Shown here: positions 1 to 9,297 of the stretch, in pieces
Layout of the letters: every line of letters begins with the position of its first letter
How positions within the stretch are numbered: the stretch's first letter is position 1
Assembly: GCA_963770565.1 (NCBI GenBank)
Contig: CAVYQE010000001.1
Coordinates: 704,146-768,145 of the forward strand
Origin: an uncultured Actinomycetota bacterium
GTDB taxonomy: Bacteria > Actinomycetota > Actinomycetes > JAFAQI01
Length of the DNA: 64,000 bases
Direction: 5' to 3'
Notes under the pieces: model-generated
The model's input: only the letters and a program-made list of their open reading frames with translations
The model's database searches: none
What the model was told of the DNA's origin: nothing
Translations under genes and position numbers: made by a program

Positions 1-762
1 GACGAGCCGGTCGTGATGTACCTGCGCAAGCAGGGCCCGGGCGCCGTGACGGCCGCCGACATCGCGCCGCCGGCCGGGGTCGAGATCCACAACCCCGACC
101 TGCACATCGCCACCCTCAACGGCAAGGGCAAGCTCGAGATCGAGTTCACCGTCGAGCGCGGCCGGGGCTACGTCTCCGCCGTACAGAACAAGCAGCCCGG
201 CCAGCCGATCGGCGTCATCCCGATCGACTCGATCTACTCCCCGGTGCTCAAGGTCACCTACAAGGTCGAGGCCACCCGGGTCGAGCAGCGCACCGACTTC
301 GACCGGCTCGTCGTCGACGTCGAGACCAAGGCCTCGATGAGCCCGCGTACCGCGCTCGCCTCGGCCGGCCACACCCTGGTCGAGCTGTTCGGCCTGGCCC
401 GCGAGCTCGACGAGAACGCCGAGGGCGTCGAGATCGGCCCGTCGCCGACCGACGCGCAGCTGATGGCCGACCTGGCCCTCCCGATCGAGGAGCTCGACCT
501 CACCGTCCGCTCCTACAACTGCCTCAAGCGTGAGGGCATCCACTCCGTCGGCGAGCTCGTCGCCCGGTCCGAGGCCGACCTCATGGACATCCGCAACTTC
601 GGCCAGAAGTCGATCGACGAGGTCAAGGGCAAGCTGGCCGGGCTCGGGCTCGCACTCAAGGACAGCCCACCAGGCTTCGACCCGACCTCTGTCATCGCCG
701 GGTACGACGAGAACTTCGACGACTCCGGCGATGCCGGGTTCGCCGAGACCGAGCAGTACTAA
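1..762 (+). CDS. rpoA: DNA-directed RNA polymerase alpha subunit, C-terminal part (5'-truncated by window edge)
   Basis: Translation has the RpoA dimerisation/alpha-CTD motifs ([14 protein letters not shown]..., CTD helix-hairpin-helix [21 protein letters not shown]). The frame is open to nt 1. rplQ follows, as in the conserved rpoA-rplQ operon. Confidence 0.9.
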   Translation, partial: DEPVVMYLRKQGPGAVTAADIAPPAGVEIHNPDLHIATLNGKGKLEIEFTVERGRGYVSAVQNKQPGQPIGVIPIDSIYSPVLKVTYKVEATRVEQRTDFDRLVVDVETKASMSPRTALASAGHTLVELFGLARELDENAEGVEIGPSPTDAQLMADLALPIEELDLTVRSYNCLKREGIHSVGELVARSEADLMDIRNFGQKSIDEVKGKLAGLGLALKDSPPGFDPTSVIAGYDENFDDSGDAGFAETEQY

Positions 763-806
763 GCGACCCTGCAGGGCCCGATCGCCATTGAGCACAGGAG
801 CACGAG

Positions 807-1518
807 ATGCCTACCCCCACCAAGGGACCGAGACTCGGTAGCGGTCCGTCACACGAGCGGCTGATGCTGGCCAACCTGGCCACGTCACTGTTCGAGTACG
901 GCCGGATCACCACGACCGAGACGAAGGCCAAGCGGCTGCGCCCGCTGGCTGAACGGTTGATCACCTTCGCCAAGCGTGGCGACATCCACGCCCGGCGCCG
1001 CGTGCTGACCGTCGTCCGCGACAAGGCCGTCGTGCACACCCTGTTCGCCGAGATCGGGCCCGGATTCGCCGACCGCCAAGGCGGCTACACCAGGATCACA
1101 AAGGTCGGCCCGCGCAAGGGCGACAACGCACCGATGGCGGTCATCGAGCTGGTGGAGTTCCGCACGGTGGCGCAGGAGGCGGTGGCCGAGGCCGAGGCGG
1201 CTCGCGGCACCCGCTTCGCGCGGCGTCGTCGTCCGACCGGTGCGACCGCGGAAGCCGCGGCCGAGCTGGCCGGCGAGTCCGACGTCGCGGCCGGAGTGGC
1301 GGCCGACGCGGAAGCTGCTGACGCGGAAGCCGCTAACGCCGCAGAGGCAGAGGCAGCCGAGGCCGGCGACAGTGACGCCGAGACCGACGTCGCCGACGCT
1401 GACGCAACCGACGAGGTCGATGCTCCCGAGGCAGTTGCCGAGGAGCCGACCGCCGAGGCGGCGGAGTCCGATGGACGCTTCGACCGATGGCGCCGAAGGC
1501 GACACCCCCGCGGAGTGA
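807..1518 (+). CDS. rplQ: 50S ribosomal protein L17 with long acidic Ala/Glu/Asp-rich C-terminal tail; probable +1 frameshift near 1470 (as sequenced the frame reads through to 2393)
   Basis: N-terminal 120 aa are an unmistakable L17 ([43 protein letters not shown]...[21 protein letters not shown]). There is no in-frame stop before truA. The +1 frame carries an acidic continuation ([15 protein letters not shown]) ending in TGA 1516-1518, overlapping the truA GTG in a GTGA motif. Confidence 0.7.
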
Positions 1519-2393
1519 CCACTGCGAACAACGCGACCGAGCCCGCCACCCCGACCGGGGACGGCGGGCTCGTCCGTTTGCGGTTGGACCTGAGTTACGA
1601 CGGTACCGACTTCTCCGGCTGGGCCCGGCAGCCGGGCCGGCGGACCGTCGCCGAGGTCGTCGAGGCCGCGCTCGCGACGGTCCTTCAGCTCGAACCGCCG
1701 CTCCAGCTGACCGTCGCGGGTCGCACCGATGCGGGCGTCCATGCGACCGGCCAGGTAGCGCACGTCGACGTTCCGACCGCGGCAGGTGACGACCCGGTCG
1801 ATGTCGAGCGGCTCGCTCACCGCATCGCAGGCCTGCTGCCCGACGACGTCGCGCTGCGGGCCCTGACGATCGCGCCGGCCGGTTTCGACGCCCGGTTCGC
1901 GGCGATCGGCCGCAGGTACGCCTACCGGGTCACTGACGCCGGTCCGAACCCGCTGCGGCGCCACGACACCCTGGCCTGGCCGCGCCCGCTCGACGTCGAA
2001 GCGATGAACCAGGCTGCCAAGGGCCTGCCGGGCGAGCACGACTTCGCGGCGTACTGCCGGCCAAGGGCCGGCGCCACCACGATCCGCACCCTGCACGAGC
2101 TCAACGCGGCGCGGGATGCCGACGAGGTGGTCGTGATTTCGGCGGGCGCGGATGCGTTCTGCCACAACCAGGTGCGGTCGATGGTCGGAGCGCTCCTCAC
2201 GGTGGGCGAGGGCCGACGGCCACCGGGCTGGCCGGCCGAACTGTTGCGAGCCGGCGTGCGCGATTCGGGCGTCAACGTCGCGCCGGCGCACGGCCTCACC
2301 CTGGTCGCGGTCGACTACCCGCCGGACCGTGAGTTGGCGGCCAGGGTCGCCCAGACCCGCCAGCGGCGTAGCCTGCCCGACCGCTCGCGCTGA
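1515..2393 (+). CDS. truA: tRNA pseudouridine(38-40) synthase TruA
   Basis: [27 protein letters not shown]...[19 protein letters not shown] are TruA catalytic-core motifs, including the catalytic Asp in RTDAGVHA. The GTG start overlaps the putative rplQ stop. rplQ-truA order is conserved in actinobacteria. Confidence 0.8.
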   Translation: MTTANNATEPATPTGDGGLVRLRLDLSYDGTDFSGWARQPGRRTVAEVVEAALATVLQLEPPLQLTVAGRTDAGVHATGQVAHVDVPTAAGDDPVDVERLAHRIAGLLPDDVALRALTIAPAGFDARFAAIGRRYAYRVTDAGPNPLRRHDTLAWPRPLDVEAMNQAAKGLPGEHDFAAYCRPRAGATTIRTLHELNAARDADEVVVISAGADAFCHNQVRSMVGALLTVGEGRRPPGWPAELLRAGVRDSGVNVAPAHGLTLVAVDYPPDRELAARVAQTRQRRSLPDRSR

Positions 2394-2525
2394 GGCCCAC
2401 CCACCCGTTTCAGCCCACAACGCCCCCGATCCGGGCCGAGAAACCCGACATCGCGCTACAAACCGCTCGCCCAGGCGCGCGGTCGTGTGCTGAAACGGGG
2501 AGCTGTGGGCTTTACAACGATCCTT

Positions 2526-2543
2526 TCGATAGATATCTTTCGA
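2526..2543. promoter_or_regulatory. AT-rich imperfect palindrome TCGATAGATATCTTTCGA in MFS-ArsR operon leader (candidate operator)
   Basis: 16/18 self-complementary, centred on GATATC. It is a sharply AT-rich island in a >70% GC genome, 27 nt upstream of the MFS start, and the operon encodes its own wHTH regulator. Confidence 0.35.
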
Positions 2544-2569
2544 ACTCACCTCGAGGGCCGGGAGGCGAG

Positions 2570-3862
2570 ATGCGGCGACTGTGGACCTTGCCCTACGTCC
2601 GGCGCTACCTGACCGGGCAGTCGCTGTCGATCCTTGGCGACACCTCGATGTGGCTCGCGATGGTGATCTGGGTGCGCGAGCTCACCGGTTCCAACGGCAA
2701 GGCCGGGCTGAGTTTCTTCTTCATGGCCGCGCCGTCGATGGCCGGCCCGCTGTGGGGCGCTGCGGTCGACCGGTTCCGCCGCCGGCCGATCCTGATCGGT
2801 GTGAACGCGGCTGCCGGGCTGATGACCTTGTCTCTGCTGTTCGTCCAGGGCCGCGGCCAGGTGTGGCTGATCTGGCTCGTGCTGGTCGGGTACGGCGTGT
2901 CCAACTCGGTGCTCGGCGCCGCCCAGCAGGGCTACCTCGACTTCCTGGTGCCCGACGAGTTCGTGGGTGACGCCCAAGGCGTGCTGTCCACCGTGCGCGA
3001 AGGGCTCCGGCTGGTCTCGCCGCTGATCGGCGCGGGCTTGTTCACCCTCGCCGGCGGCCACGTGGTCGCGATCATCGACGCCGGCACCTTCGCGGTTGCT
3101 TGCGCCTCGGTCGCCAGCATCTCGCTGCCGGAGCCGGCGCCGGTGCGGGTCGTCCAGCGCCTTCGCACCGAGCTCGCGGCCGGTTGGGCACACATCCGCG
3201 ACACCGTGCAGATCCGCCAGGTGGAGACGGCGTTCGTCGCCGTCTGCGCGGTCGTGGGCTTCACCGAGACCGCGATCGTGGCCGTCGTGACCGATGGCCT
3301 CAATCGCTCGGCGAGCTGGCTCGGCCCGCTGGAGGCGGTCATGGGGATTGGCGCCATCGCGGGCGGGCTGACCGTCGCGGCCGCGATGCGCCGGATCGGC
3401 GAGGGCCGGGTGATGGCGATCGGGCTGGCCATTTTCGCCCTTGGCGACTCGGTGTTGGTCGTACCGACGATCGCGACCGCGGTCGCCGGCTCGCTGATCG
3501 CCGGGTTCGCGCTGCCGTGGGCGATCGCGGCCGCGAACACCCTGGTCATGCGGCTCACGCCGTCCAACCTGCAGGGCCGGGTGAGCACGGCTCTCGACGT
3601 GCTCACCGGTACGCCGCAGGCGCTGTCGATCGCGCTGGGCGCGGGTCTCGTCTCGGTGGTGGGTTACCAGGCATTGCTCGGCGCGGTGGGTGCGGTCACA
3701 CTGGTGGCTGGGATCTGGCTGTTCACCCGCCCCGAGCAGCGCGTCGTTCGTACGAGTGATCTCCCTGACCGGGGCCTCACAGCGCTGGAGGCGGCTGCGA
3801 TGTCGGTGCTGGTCACACCGGACGAGCACCTACATCCGTCCCAGGCGGCGGACCGCGAGTGA
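2570..3862 (+). CDS. MFS transporter (12-TM, enterobactin-exporter/DHA3-like)
   Basis: Hydrophobic 430-aa protein with MFS signature regions (GDTSMWLAMVIWV..., DRFRRRPILIG loop motif). A GGGAGG RBS sits upstream of the ATG. Confidence 0.8.
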   Translation: MRRLWTLPYVRRYLTGQSLSILGDTSMWLAMVIWVRELTGSNGKAGLSFFFMAAPSMAGPLWGAAVDRFRRRPILIGVNAAAGLMTLSLLFVQGRGQVWLIWLVLVGYGVSNSVLGAAQQGYLDFLVPDEFVGDAQGVLSTVREGLRLVSPLIGAGLFTLAGGHVVAIIDAGTFAVACASVASISLPEPAPVRVVQRLRTELAAGWAHIRDTVQIRQVETAFVAVCAVVGFTETAIVAVVTDGLNRSASWLGPLEAVMGIGAIAGGLTVAAAMRRIGEGRVMAIGLAIFALGDSVLVVPTIATAVAGSLIAGFALPWAIAAANTLVMRLTPSNLQGRVSTALDVLTGTPQALSIALGAGLVSVVGYQALLGAVGAVTLVAGIWLFTRPEQRVVRTSDLPDRGLTALEAAAMSVLVTPDEHLHPSQAADRE

Positions 3863-4545
3863 CCGAAGGAACCGAGGAGACCGAGCCGACCGGGACCGAA
3901 TCGGATAGCTCGGGGATGGCGGCCGCGGTGGCGGCCGCCGGCTTGCGTGACCTGCGAGATCCGCGCGACATGCGGGCACTCGCGCACCCCACCCGACTGG
4001 CGTTGCTCGAGGCCCTGACGCTGCACGGCGCGCTCACCGCGACGCAGGCCGCGGAGTACGTCGGCGAGAGCCCGTCGTCCTGCTCGTTCCATCTGCGGTC
4101 GCTCGCGAAGCACCAATTCGTGGAGGAGACCGGAGCCGGGCGGGGCCGGGAGCGACCCTGGCGACTGGTGAGCGCCGGGACCGAGATGGGGTATCGGTTC
4201 GACGATCCGAAGACCCAGACTGCGGCGAATGCGCTGTGGCGGCTGTTCCTCGAGCGGCAGTTCGCGCGGCTGGTCGATGCGCAGGCTCGCCGGCCGTCGC
4301 TACCCGAGGAGTGGGCCCGCGAGCAGGCCAACCTCGAGAGCATCATGTGGCTCACGCTGGACGAGCTGCGCGAGGTCAATCGGGTGATCTTCGAGATTGC
4401 GTTGCGCTACTACCCGCGCATGACCGATCCCTCGCTCCGGCCGGAGGGCGCCGAGCCGTTGGAGCTGCTGTACTTCGCCTACAACGTGGACCAAGGTGCC
4501 GTGACAACCGCGCCGGATCCGGACCCGGAGCCCGAGTCGACCTGA
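3859..4545 (+). CDS. winged-helix (ArsR/SmtB-like) transcriptional regulator
   Basis: HTH region LAHPTRLALLEALTLHGALTATQAAEYVGESPSSCSFHLRSLAKHQFVEE is typical ArsR-family. The GTG start overlaps the MFS stop (GTGA), so the two genes are co-transcribed. Confidence 0.6.
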   Translation: MTEGTEETEPTGTESDSSGMAAAVAAAGLRDLRDPRDMRALAHPTRLALLEALTLHGALTATQAAEYVGESPSSCSFHLRSLAKHQFVEETGAGRGRERPWRLVSAGTEMGYRFDDPKTQTAANALWRLFLERQFARLVDAQARRPSLPEEWAREQANLESIMWLTLDELREVNRVIFEIALRYYPRMTDPSLRPEGAEPLELLYFAYNVDQGAVTTAPDPDPEPEST

Positions 4546-4593
4546 GCGAGCGGATCAAGAAAAATCGCTCGCCCACGCTGACACACTGGACGG

Positions 4594-6276
4594 ATGGGCC
4601 ACGTCGACGTGCAGCGGGTCAGCCTTGCGCTGCCCGACGGCCGGATGCTGCTCGACGAGGTCACGTTCCGGGTCGGTGACGGGCAGAAGGCCGCGCTGAT
4701 CGGCCCGAACGGCGCCGGCAAGACCACCCTGCTGAAGATCATCACCGGCGACCTGGCGGCGGACACCGGCGCGGTCACCGGATCGGGCGGGCTTGGCGTG
4801 ATGCGGCAGTTCGTGGGATCCGTGCGCGACGACTCGACCGTCCGGGACCTGCTGCTGTCGGTCGCGCCGCCACGAGTACGCGATGCCGCGGCCGCGGTCG
4901 ATGCGGCCGAGCTGGCGATGATGGAGTCCGACGACGAGCGCACCCAGCTTCGCTACGCGCACGCCCTTGCGGAGTGGTCCGACGCCGGCGGTTGGGACGC
5001 CGAGGTGTTGTGGGACACCTGCACGGTCGCCGCCATCGGCCTCCCGTACGACCGGGCCCGCTGGCGCGAGGTCCGCACGCTGTCCGGTGGCGAGCAGAAA
5101 CGGCTCGTGCTCGAGGCGTTGCTGCGTGGCCCCGACGAGGTGCTGCTGCTCGACGAGCCGGACAACTATCTCGACGTGCCGGGCAAGCGCTGGCTCGAGC
5201 AGTTGCTGGCTGACACTCCCAAGACCGTGCTCTACGTCTCGCACGACCGCGAGCTGCTCGCCCGAACGGCCAGCCGGATCGTCACCCTCGAGCTCGGTGC
5301 GGCCGGCAACACGGTCTGGATCCACGGCGGGGGATTTGCGTCGTACGCCGACGAACGCGCGGACCGTAACAGCCGGTTGGAGGAGCTGCGCCGCCGATGG
5401 GACGAGGAGCACGCCAAGCTCAAGGCGCTGGTCCTGCGGTTGCGGCTCAAGGCCACCTACAACGACGGGATGGCCGGCGCCTACCAGGCTGCCTGTACGA
5501 GGCTCGCGCGGTTCGAGCGCGAAGGCCCGCCGCATGCGGTGCCGCTTCGCCAGGACGTCAAGATGCGGCTGCGCGGTGGGCGGACCGCGAAGCGGGCGGT
5601 CGTGTGCGAGGACCTCGAGCTGACCGGGTTGATGCGTCCGTTCGACCTCGAGGTGTGGTTCGGCGAACGGGTTGCCGTGCTGGGCTCGAACGGCTCGGGC
5701 AAGTCGCACTTCCTGCGGCTGCTGGCTGCCGGTGGGTCGGATCCCGACGCCGAGCATCAGCCGGTGGCTGGCACGCCGATCATCAACGTCGCGCACACCG
5801 GAGTCGCGCGGCTCGGCGCTCGGGTGCGACCGGGCTGGTTCGCCCAGACGCATGAGCACCCCGAGTTGATCGGGCGCACGTTGCTCGACATCCTGTGGCG
5901 TGGGGACGAGCATCGCGACGGCATGGGCCGCGAGCAGGCGGCGCGGGTGCTCGACCGCTACGAGCTCGCGCACGCCGGCGAGCAGCCGTTCGAGACACTG
6001 TCCGGCGGGCAGCAGGCCAGGCTGCAGATCCTGTTGCTCGAGCTGTCGGGCGCGACACTGCTCCTGCTCGACGAGCCGACCGACAACCTCGACATCGTGT
6101 CGGCCGATGCGCTCGAAGCCGGCCTGGCGTCGTTCGAGGGGACCGTCGTCGCGGTCACGCACGATCGTTGGTTCGCCCGGTCGTTCGACCGCTTCGTGAT
6201 CTTCAGGGCCGACGGCACGGTCGACGAGTCGGACGAGCCGGTGTGGGACGAGGGCCGGGTGGAGCGGGTGCGCTGA
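4594..6276 (+). CDS. ABC-F family ATPase (two tandem ABC domains, no TMD)
   Basis: Two Walker A motifs (GPNGAGKTTLLK, GSNGSGKSHFLR), two ABC signatures (LSGGEQKR, LSGGQQAR) and Walker B LLLDEP twice. 560 aa with an inter-domain linker, which is the EttA/Uup/ARE-type architecture. Confidence 0.85.
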   Translation: MGHVDVQRVSLALPDGRMLLDEVTFRVGDGQKAALIGPNGAGKTTLLKIITGDLAADTGAVTGSGGLGVMRQFVGSVRDDSTVRDLLLSVAPPRVRDAAAAVDAAELAMMESDDERTQLRYAHALAEWSDAGGWDAEVLWDTCTVAAIGLPYDRARWREVRTLSGGEQKRLVLEALLRGPDEVLLLDEPDNYLDVPGKRWLEQLLADTPKTVLYVSHDRELLARTASRIVTLELGAAGNTVWIHGGGFASYADERADRNSRLEELRRRWDEEHAKLKALVLRLRLKATYNDGMAGAYQAACTRLARFEREGPPHAVPLRQDVKMRLRGGRTAKRAVVCEDLELTGLMRPFDLEVWFGERVAVLGSNGSGKSHFLRLLAAGGSDPDAEHQPVAGTPIINVAHTGVARLGARVRPGWFAQTHEHPELIGRTLLDILWRGDEHRDGMGREQAARVLDRYELAHAGEQPFETLSGGQQARLQILLLELSGATLLLLDEPTDNLDIVSADALEAGLASFEGTVVAVTHDRWFARSFDRFVIFRADGTVDESDEPVWDEGRVERVR

Positions 6277-6899
6277 TGCTGGTGCACCCGTGGGATGCCG
6301 CGCTCGACACCGATGAGTGGCGCAGTTTCGTTGTGTCCCAAGGGTTTGGGCAGCTGATCGCGCCTGGACGCGAACGCGAGGTGCCGATCGTCGTACCGAC
6401 CCAGTTCGTGCTGGAAGGCGAGGAGTTGCTGCTGCATCTCGCGCGGCCGAACCCGGTCTGGCATGCGATCGACGAGAACGCGACGGTGCTGATGTCGGTG
6501 GCCGGCGACTGGGCGTACGTGCCGTCGGCGTGGAAGGCGATCGGCGACGAGGATCCTTCGCGCGGGATCCCGACGACGTACTACGCCGCCGCCCAGCTGA
6601 CCTGCGACGCAACCGTCATCGATGACGCCGAGGGCAAGCTCGCCATCCTGCGCCGCCAGCTCGCCGAGCTCGAGCCGGAGCTGCCGACCGCGGACCCGGA
6701 GGTGCACACCCGGTCACTGCCCAACATCCGCGGGTTGCGCCTGGCGATCCGCGAGGTGAGGGCAAAGTTCAAGTACGGCGGCAACGTCGATCTCGAGCAC
6801 CGGCTGGCCGTCGCCGACCGGCTGGCAAACCGCGGTGGGCCCGGCGACGAGGCGGCCCGCACGCGGTTGCTCCGGCGCAGCGAGGTTCCCGGTGAGTGA
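6276..6899 (+). CDS. FMN-binding negative transcriptional regulator, PaiB family
   Basis: PaiB-like sequence (HPWDAALDTDEWRSFV...FGQLIAPG...VPIVVPTQFVL). The ATG overlaps the ABC-F stop (ATGA). The six-frame ORF 5895.. is an upstream in-frame extension with Arg-rich junk translation. Confidence 0.7.
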   Translation: MLVHPWDAALDTDEWRSFVVSQGFGQLIAPGREREVPIVVPTQFVLEGEELLLHLARPNPVWHAIDENATVLMSVAGDWAYVPSAWKAIGDEDPSRGIPTTYYAAAQLTCDATVIDDAEGKLAILRRQLAELEPELPTADPEVHTRSLPNIRGLRLAIREVRAKFKYGGNVDLEHRLAVADRLANRGGPGDEAARTRLLRRSEVPGE

Positions 6900-7584
6900 C
6901 GCACCGCTTGCCCGCTTCAAGGACCTTTGCCTGGACGCGATCGACCCCGGCCGGCTCGGGCCATGGTGGGCCGGCGTACTCGGGCTCGCCTGGGACCCGT
7001 GGGAGAGCGGTGCGGGCGGGTCACTGGTCGGCCGGACGCCCGGCCACACGATCTGGGTCGTGGCGGTGCCCGAGCGGAAGGCAGCGAAACAGCGGGTGCA
7101 TCTCGACCTCTACACCCGCTCGCTCGCCGAGCTCGAGGCGGTGGGTGCGACCGTCGTCGAGGCGCAGCACGAGGACTGGCGCTGGACGATCATGGCCGAT
7201 CCGGAAGGCGGGGAGTTCTGTGCGTTCCTCTGCGACGAGCTGCCCGAGGACCTGGTGCACGGGCTGGTGGTCGATTGCGCCGACCCGGCGCGGATCGCGC
7301 GCTGGTGGGCCGAGGTCTACGGTGCCGATCTGGTCGAGCACCCGAGCGGATATTCGACCCTCGAGCACGTGCCCGGAATGCCGATCTTGACCATGGACTT
7401 CGTGCCCGTGCCCGAACCCAAGGCGGTCAAGAACCGGATCCACTGGGACGTCGTCGCGCCCGATATCGAGGCTCTTGTCCGGTATGGCGCGACCGTGCTT
7501 CGCCGGCCGGACGACGAGATCCGCTGGACCGTGCTCGCCGATCCGGAGGGGAACGAGTTCTGCGCGTTCCCGCCGCCTGATTGA
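6892..7584 (+). CDS. VOC (glyoxalase/bleomycin-resistance fold) family protein with internal tandem duplication
   Basis: Two ~110-aa repeats each ending ...ADPEG(G/N)EFCAF, a glyoxalase-like beta-alpha-beta-beta-beta module. The GTG start overlaps the PaiB 3' end. Confidence 0.65.
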   Translation: MSDAPLARFKDLCLDAIDPGRLGPWWAGVLGLAWDPWESGAGGSLVGRTPGHTIWVVAVPERKAAKQRVHLDLYTRSLAELEAVGATVVEAQHEDWRWTIMADPEGGEFCAFLCDELPEDLVHGLVVDCADPARIARWWAEVYGADLVEHPSGYSTLEHVPGMPILTMDFVPVPEPKAVKNRIHWDVVAPDIEALVRYGATVLRRPDDEIRWTVLADPEGNEFCAFPPPD

Positions 7585-7712
7585 GCCGGTCGCGAGCGCT
7601 TTGACCGGCCGAGTGGGGCGCGGGTAGCCTCGAACGGTCGCGTGGGCACCAGCCGGCGCGGCCGGCGGCACCACGGCCGAATCCCGACTGCGAGACATGC
7701 GAAGGCTTCTCT

Positions 7713-8156
7713 GTGCGTACGTTTCAACCCAAGGCCGGCCAGATCACCCGCCAGTGGCTGGTGATCGACGCGACCGACGTCGTGCTCGGCCGGCTCGCCA
7801 GCCAGGCCGCCCGCCTGCTGCGCGGCAAGCACAAGCCGATCTTCGCCCCGCACGTCGACACCGGTGACTTCGTGATCATCGTCAACGCCGCCAAGGTCGC
7901 GCTCACCGGCAACAAGCGCGAGCAGAAGATCGCCTACCGCCACTCCGGCTATCCCGGCGGCCTGAGCGAGACGCCGTACTCCACGTTGCTCGACGAGCGT
8001 CCCGAGCACGTCGTCGAGAAGGCCGTGCGGGGCATGCTGCCGCACACGACGCTCGGCCGTCAGATGGCCGGCAAGCTCAAGGTGTACGCCGGCCCCGAAC
8101 ACCCGCACGAGGCCCAGCGGCCGGTGCCCTACGAGATTTCACAGGTGGCGCAGTAG
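7713..8156 (+). CDS. rplM: 50S ribosomal protein L13
   Basis: [53 protein letters not shown] is the canonical L13 N-terminus. GTG start. Confidence 0.9.
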   Translation: MRTFQPKAGQITRQWLVIDATDVVLGRLASQAARLLRGKHKPIFAPHVDTGDFVIIVNAAKVALTGNKREQKIAYRHSGYPGGLSETPYSTLLDERPEHVVEKAVRGMLPHTTLGRQMAGKLKVYAGPEHPHEAQRPVPYEISQVAQ

Positions 8157-8689
8157 TGAGCGAGACAGTGTCCGAAACCGTCCTCGACCCTGATCTGGCG
8201 GACGAGGAGTTCGCCGACCTCGAAGACGCGGAGGGCGCGAGCGACGAGGCCGACGAGCCGGCGCCCGCTCCCGCGCCCGTGCGCACGCCGCGACCGATCG
8301 CCGGCGGCCCGGTGGCCGCGACCGGTCGCCGCAAGGAGGCCATCGCTCGAGTCCGGCTGATCGCCGGCACCGGCGTCTGGACCATCAACGGACGCACCCT
8401 CGAGGAGTACTTCCCGAACAAGGTCCACCAGCAGATCGTCAACGACCCGTTCGTCACCCTCGACCTCGTCGACCGCTACGACGTGCTCGTCCGGGTCCAG
8501 GGCGGCGGCATCTCGGGCCAGGCCGGGGCAGTCCGCCTCGGCATCGCCCGCTCGCTCTTGCTCACCGACGACGAGGCCCGCCCGCCGTTGAAGAAGGCCG
8601 GCTTCCTCACCCGCGACCCGCGGGCCAAGGAGCGCAAGAAGTACGGACTCAAGAAGGCCCGCAAGGCCCCCCAGTACAGCAAGCGCTGA
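8156..8689 (+). CDS. rpsI: 30S ribosomal protein S9 (with acidic N-terminal extension)
   Basis: C-terminal GGG.SGQAGA.R.GIARAL and the ...[16 protein letters not shown] terminus are diagnostic of S9. The start overlaps the rplM stop by 1 nt. Confidence 0.9.
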   Translation: MSETVSETVLDPDLADEEFADLEDAEGASDEADEPAPAPAPVRTPRPIAGGPVAATGRRKEAIARVRLIAGTGVWTINGRTLEEYFPNKVHQQIVNDPFVTLDLVDRYDVLVRVQGGGISGQAGAVRLGIARSLLLTDDEARPPLKKAGFLTRDPRAKERKKYGLKKARKAPQYSKR

Positions 8690-8694
8690 CGCGA

Positions 8695-9295
8695 ACGCTG
8701 GCGGCGTTCTCGCGCGCTTGCGTGCCTTAAGCCCGCGGCGCTCCCTGCGGCCTTGCCATCCTTCGCCTCAGCGCTTGCTGGCCTCGAAGCGCTGAGGGCG
8801 CGACTGGCTGCGTTCTCGCGCGCTTGCGTGCCTTAAGCACGCGGCGCTTGCTGCGGCCTTGCCATTCGCGCCCTCAGCACTTCGAGTTCGGCCAACGCGA
8901 CTGGCTGCGTTCTCGCTCGCTTGCGGGCTTCAGCACGCGGCGCTTGCTGCGGCCTTGCCATTCGCGCCCTCAGCACATCGAGTGTGGTCAGACGCGACTG
9001 GCTGCGTTCTCGCTCGCTTGCGGGCTTCAGCACGCGGCGCTTGCTGCGGCCTTGCCATTCGCGCCCTCAGCACTTCGAGTTCGGCCAACGCGACTGGCTG
9101 CGTTCTCGCTCGCTTGCGGGCTTAAGCACGCGGCGCTTGCTGCGGCCTTGCCATTCGCGCCCTCAGCACATCGAGTGTGGTCAGACGCGACTGGGCGTTC
9201 TCGCTCTTGCGGCCTTGCCCCTCGCGTCCTCAGCACTTTCGAGTTCGCCGGCGGGTGCGGTTCGACCTGGGCGGGACCGATCAGCGAGAGTTGAC
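8695..9295. repeat. Intergenic tandem repeat array, ~97-bp unit x ~6 (first and last copies degenerate)
   Basis: The motif GACTGG(C/G)TGCGTTCTCGC recurs at 8802, 8899, 8996, 9092 and 9188, giving periods of 97/97/96/96. Units are >90% identical. The period is not a multiple of 3, so the overlapping ORFs (8824..9294 and others) change frame each unit and are non-coding artefacts. Confidence 0.85.
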
Positions 9296-9297
9296 CG

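Noticed and set aside
807-2393. 528-aa six-frame ORF read as a single L17-TruA fusion protein
   Set aside because: The N-terminus is a complete L17 and the C-terminus a complete TruA. A GTG at 1515, with a GTGA overlap to a +1-frame TGA, marks the real gene boundary. The fusion is most likely an indel artefact, so it is reported as two genes plus a finding.
885-2549. 554-aa minus-strand ORF antisense to rplQ/truA. Similar long antisense ORFs include 2546..3829(-), 4555..6612(-), 9181..10707(-), 10311..12350(-), 12493..14001(-), 21220..22710(-), 23774..25942(-), 24955..27603(-), 27998..29716(-), 45045..47129(+), 48149..51286(+), 51679..52986(+) and 52996..54843(+)
   Set aside because: These are typical high-GC artefacts: stop codons are rare on the antisense strand of genuine genes. 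The translations are Arg/Gly/Pro-rich low-complexity sequence with no domain motifs. Each one overlaps a well-supported conserved gene on the opposite strand.
8695-9295. CRISPR array
   Set aside because: The repeats are contiguous ~97-bp units with no interspersed unique spacers, and there are no cas genes in the window.
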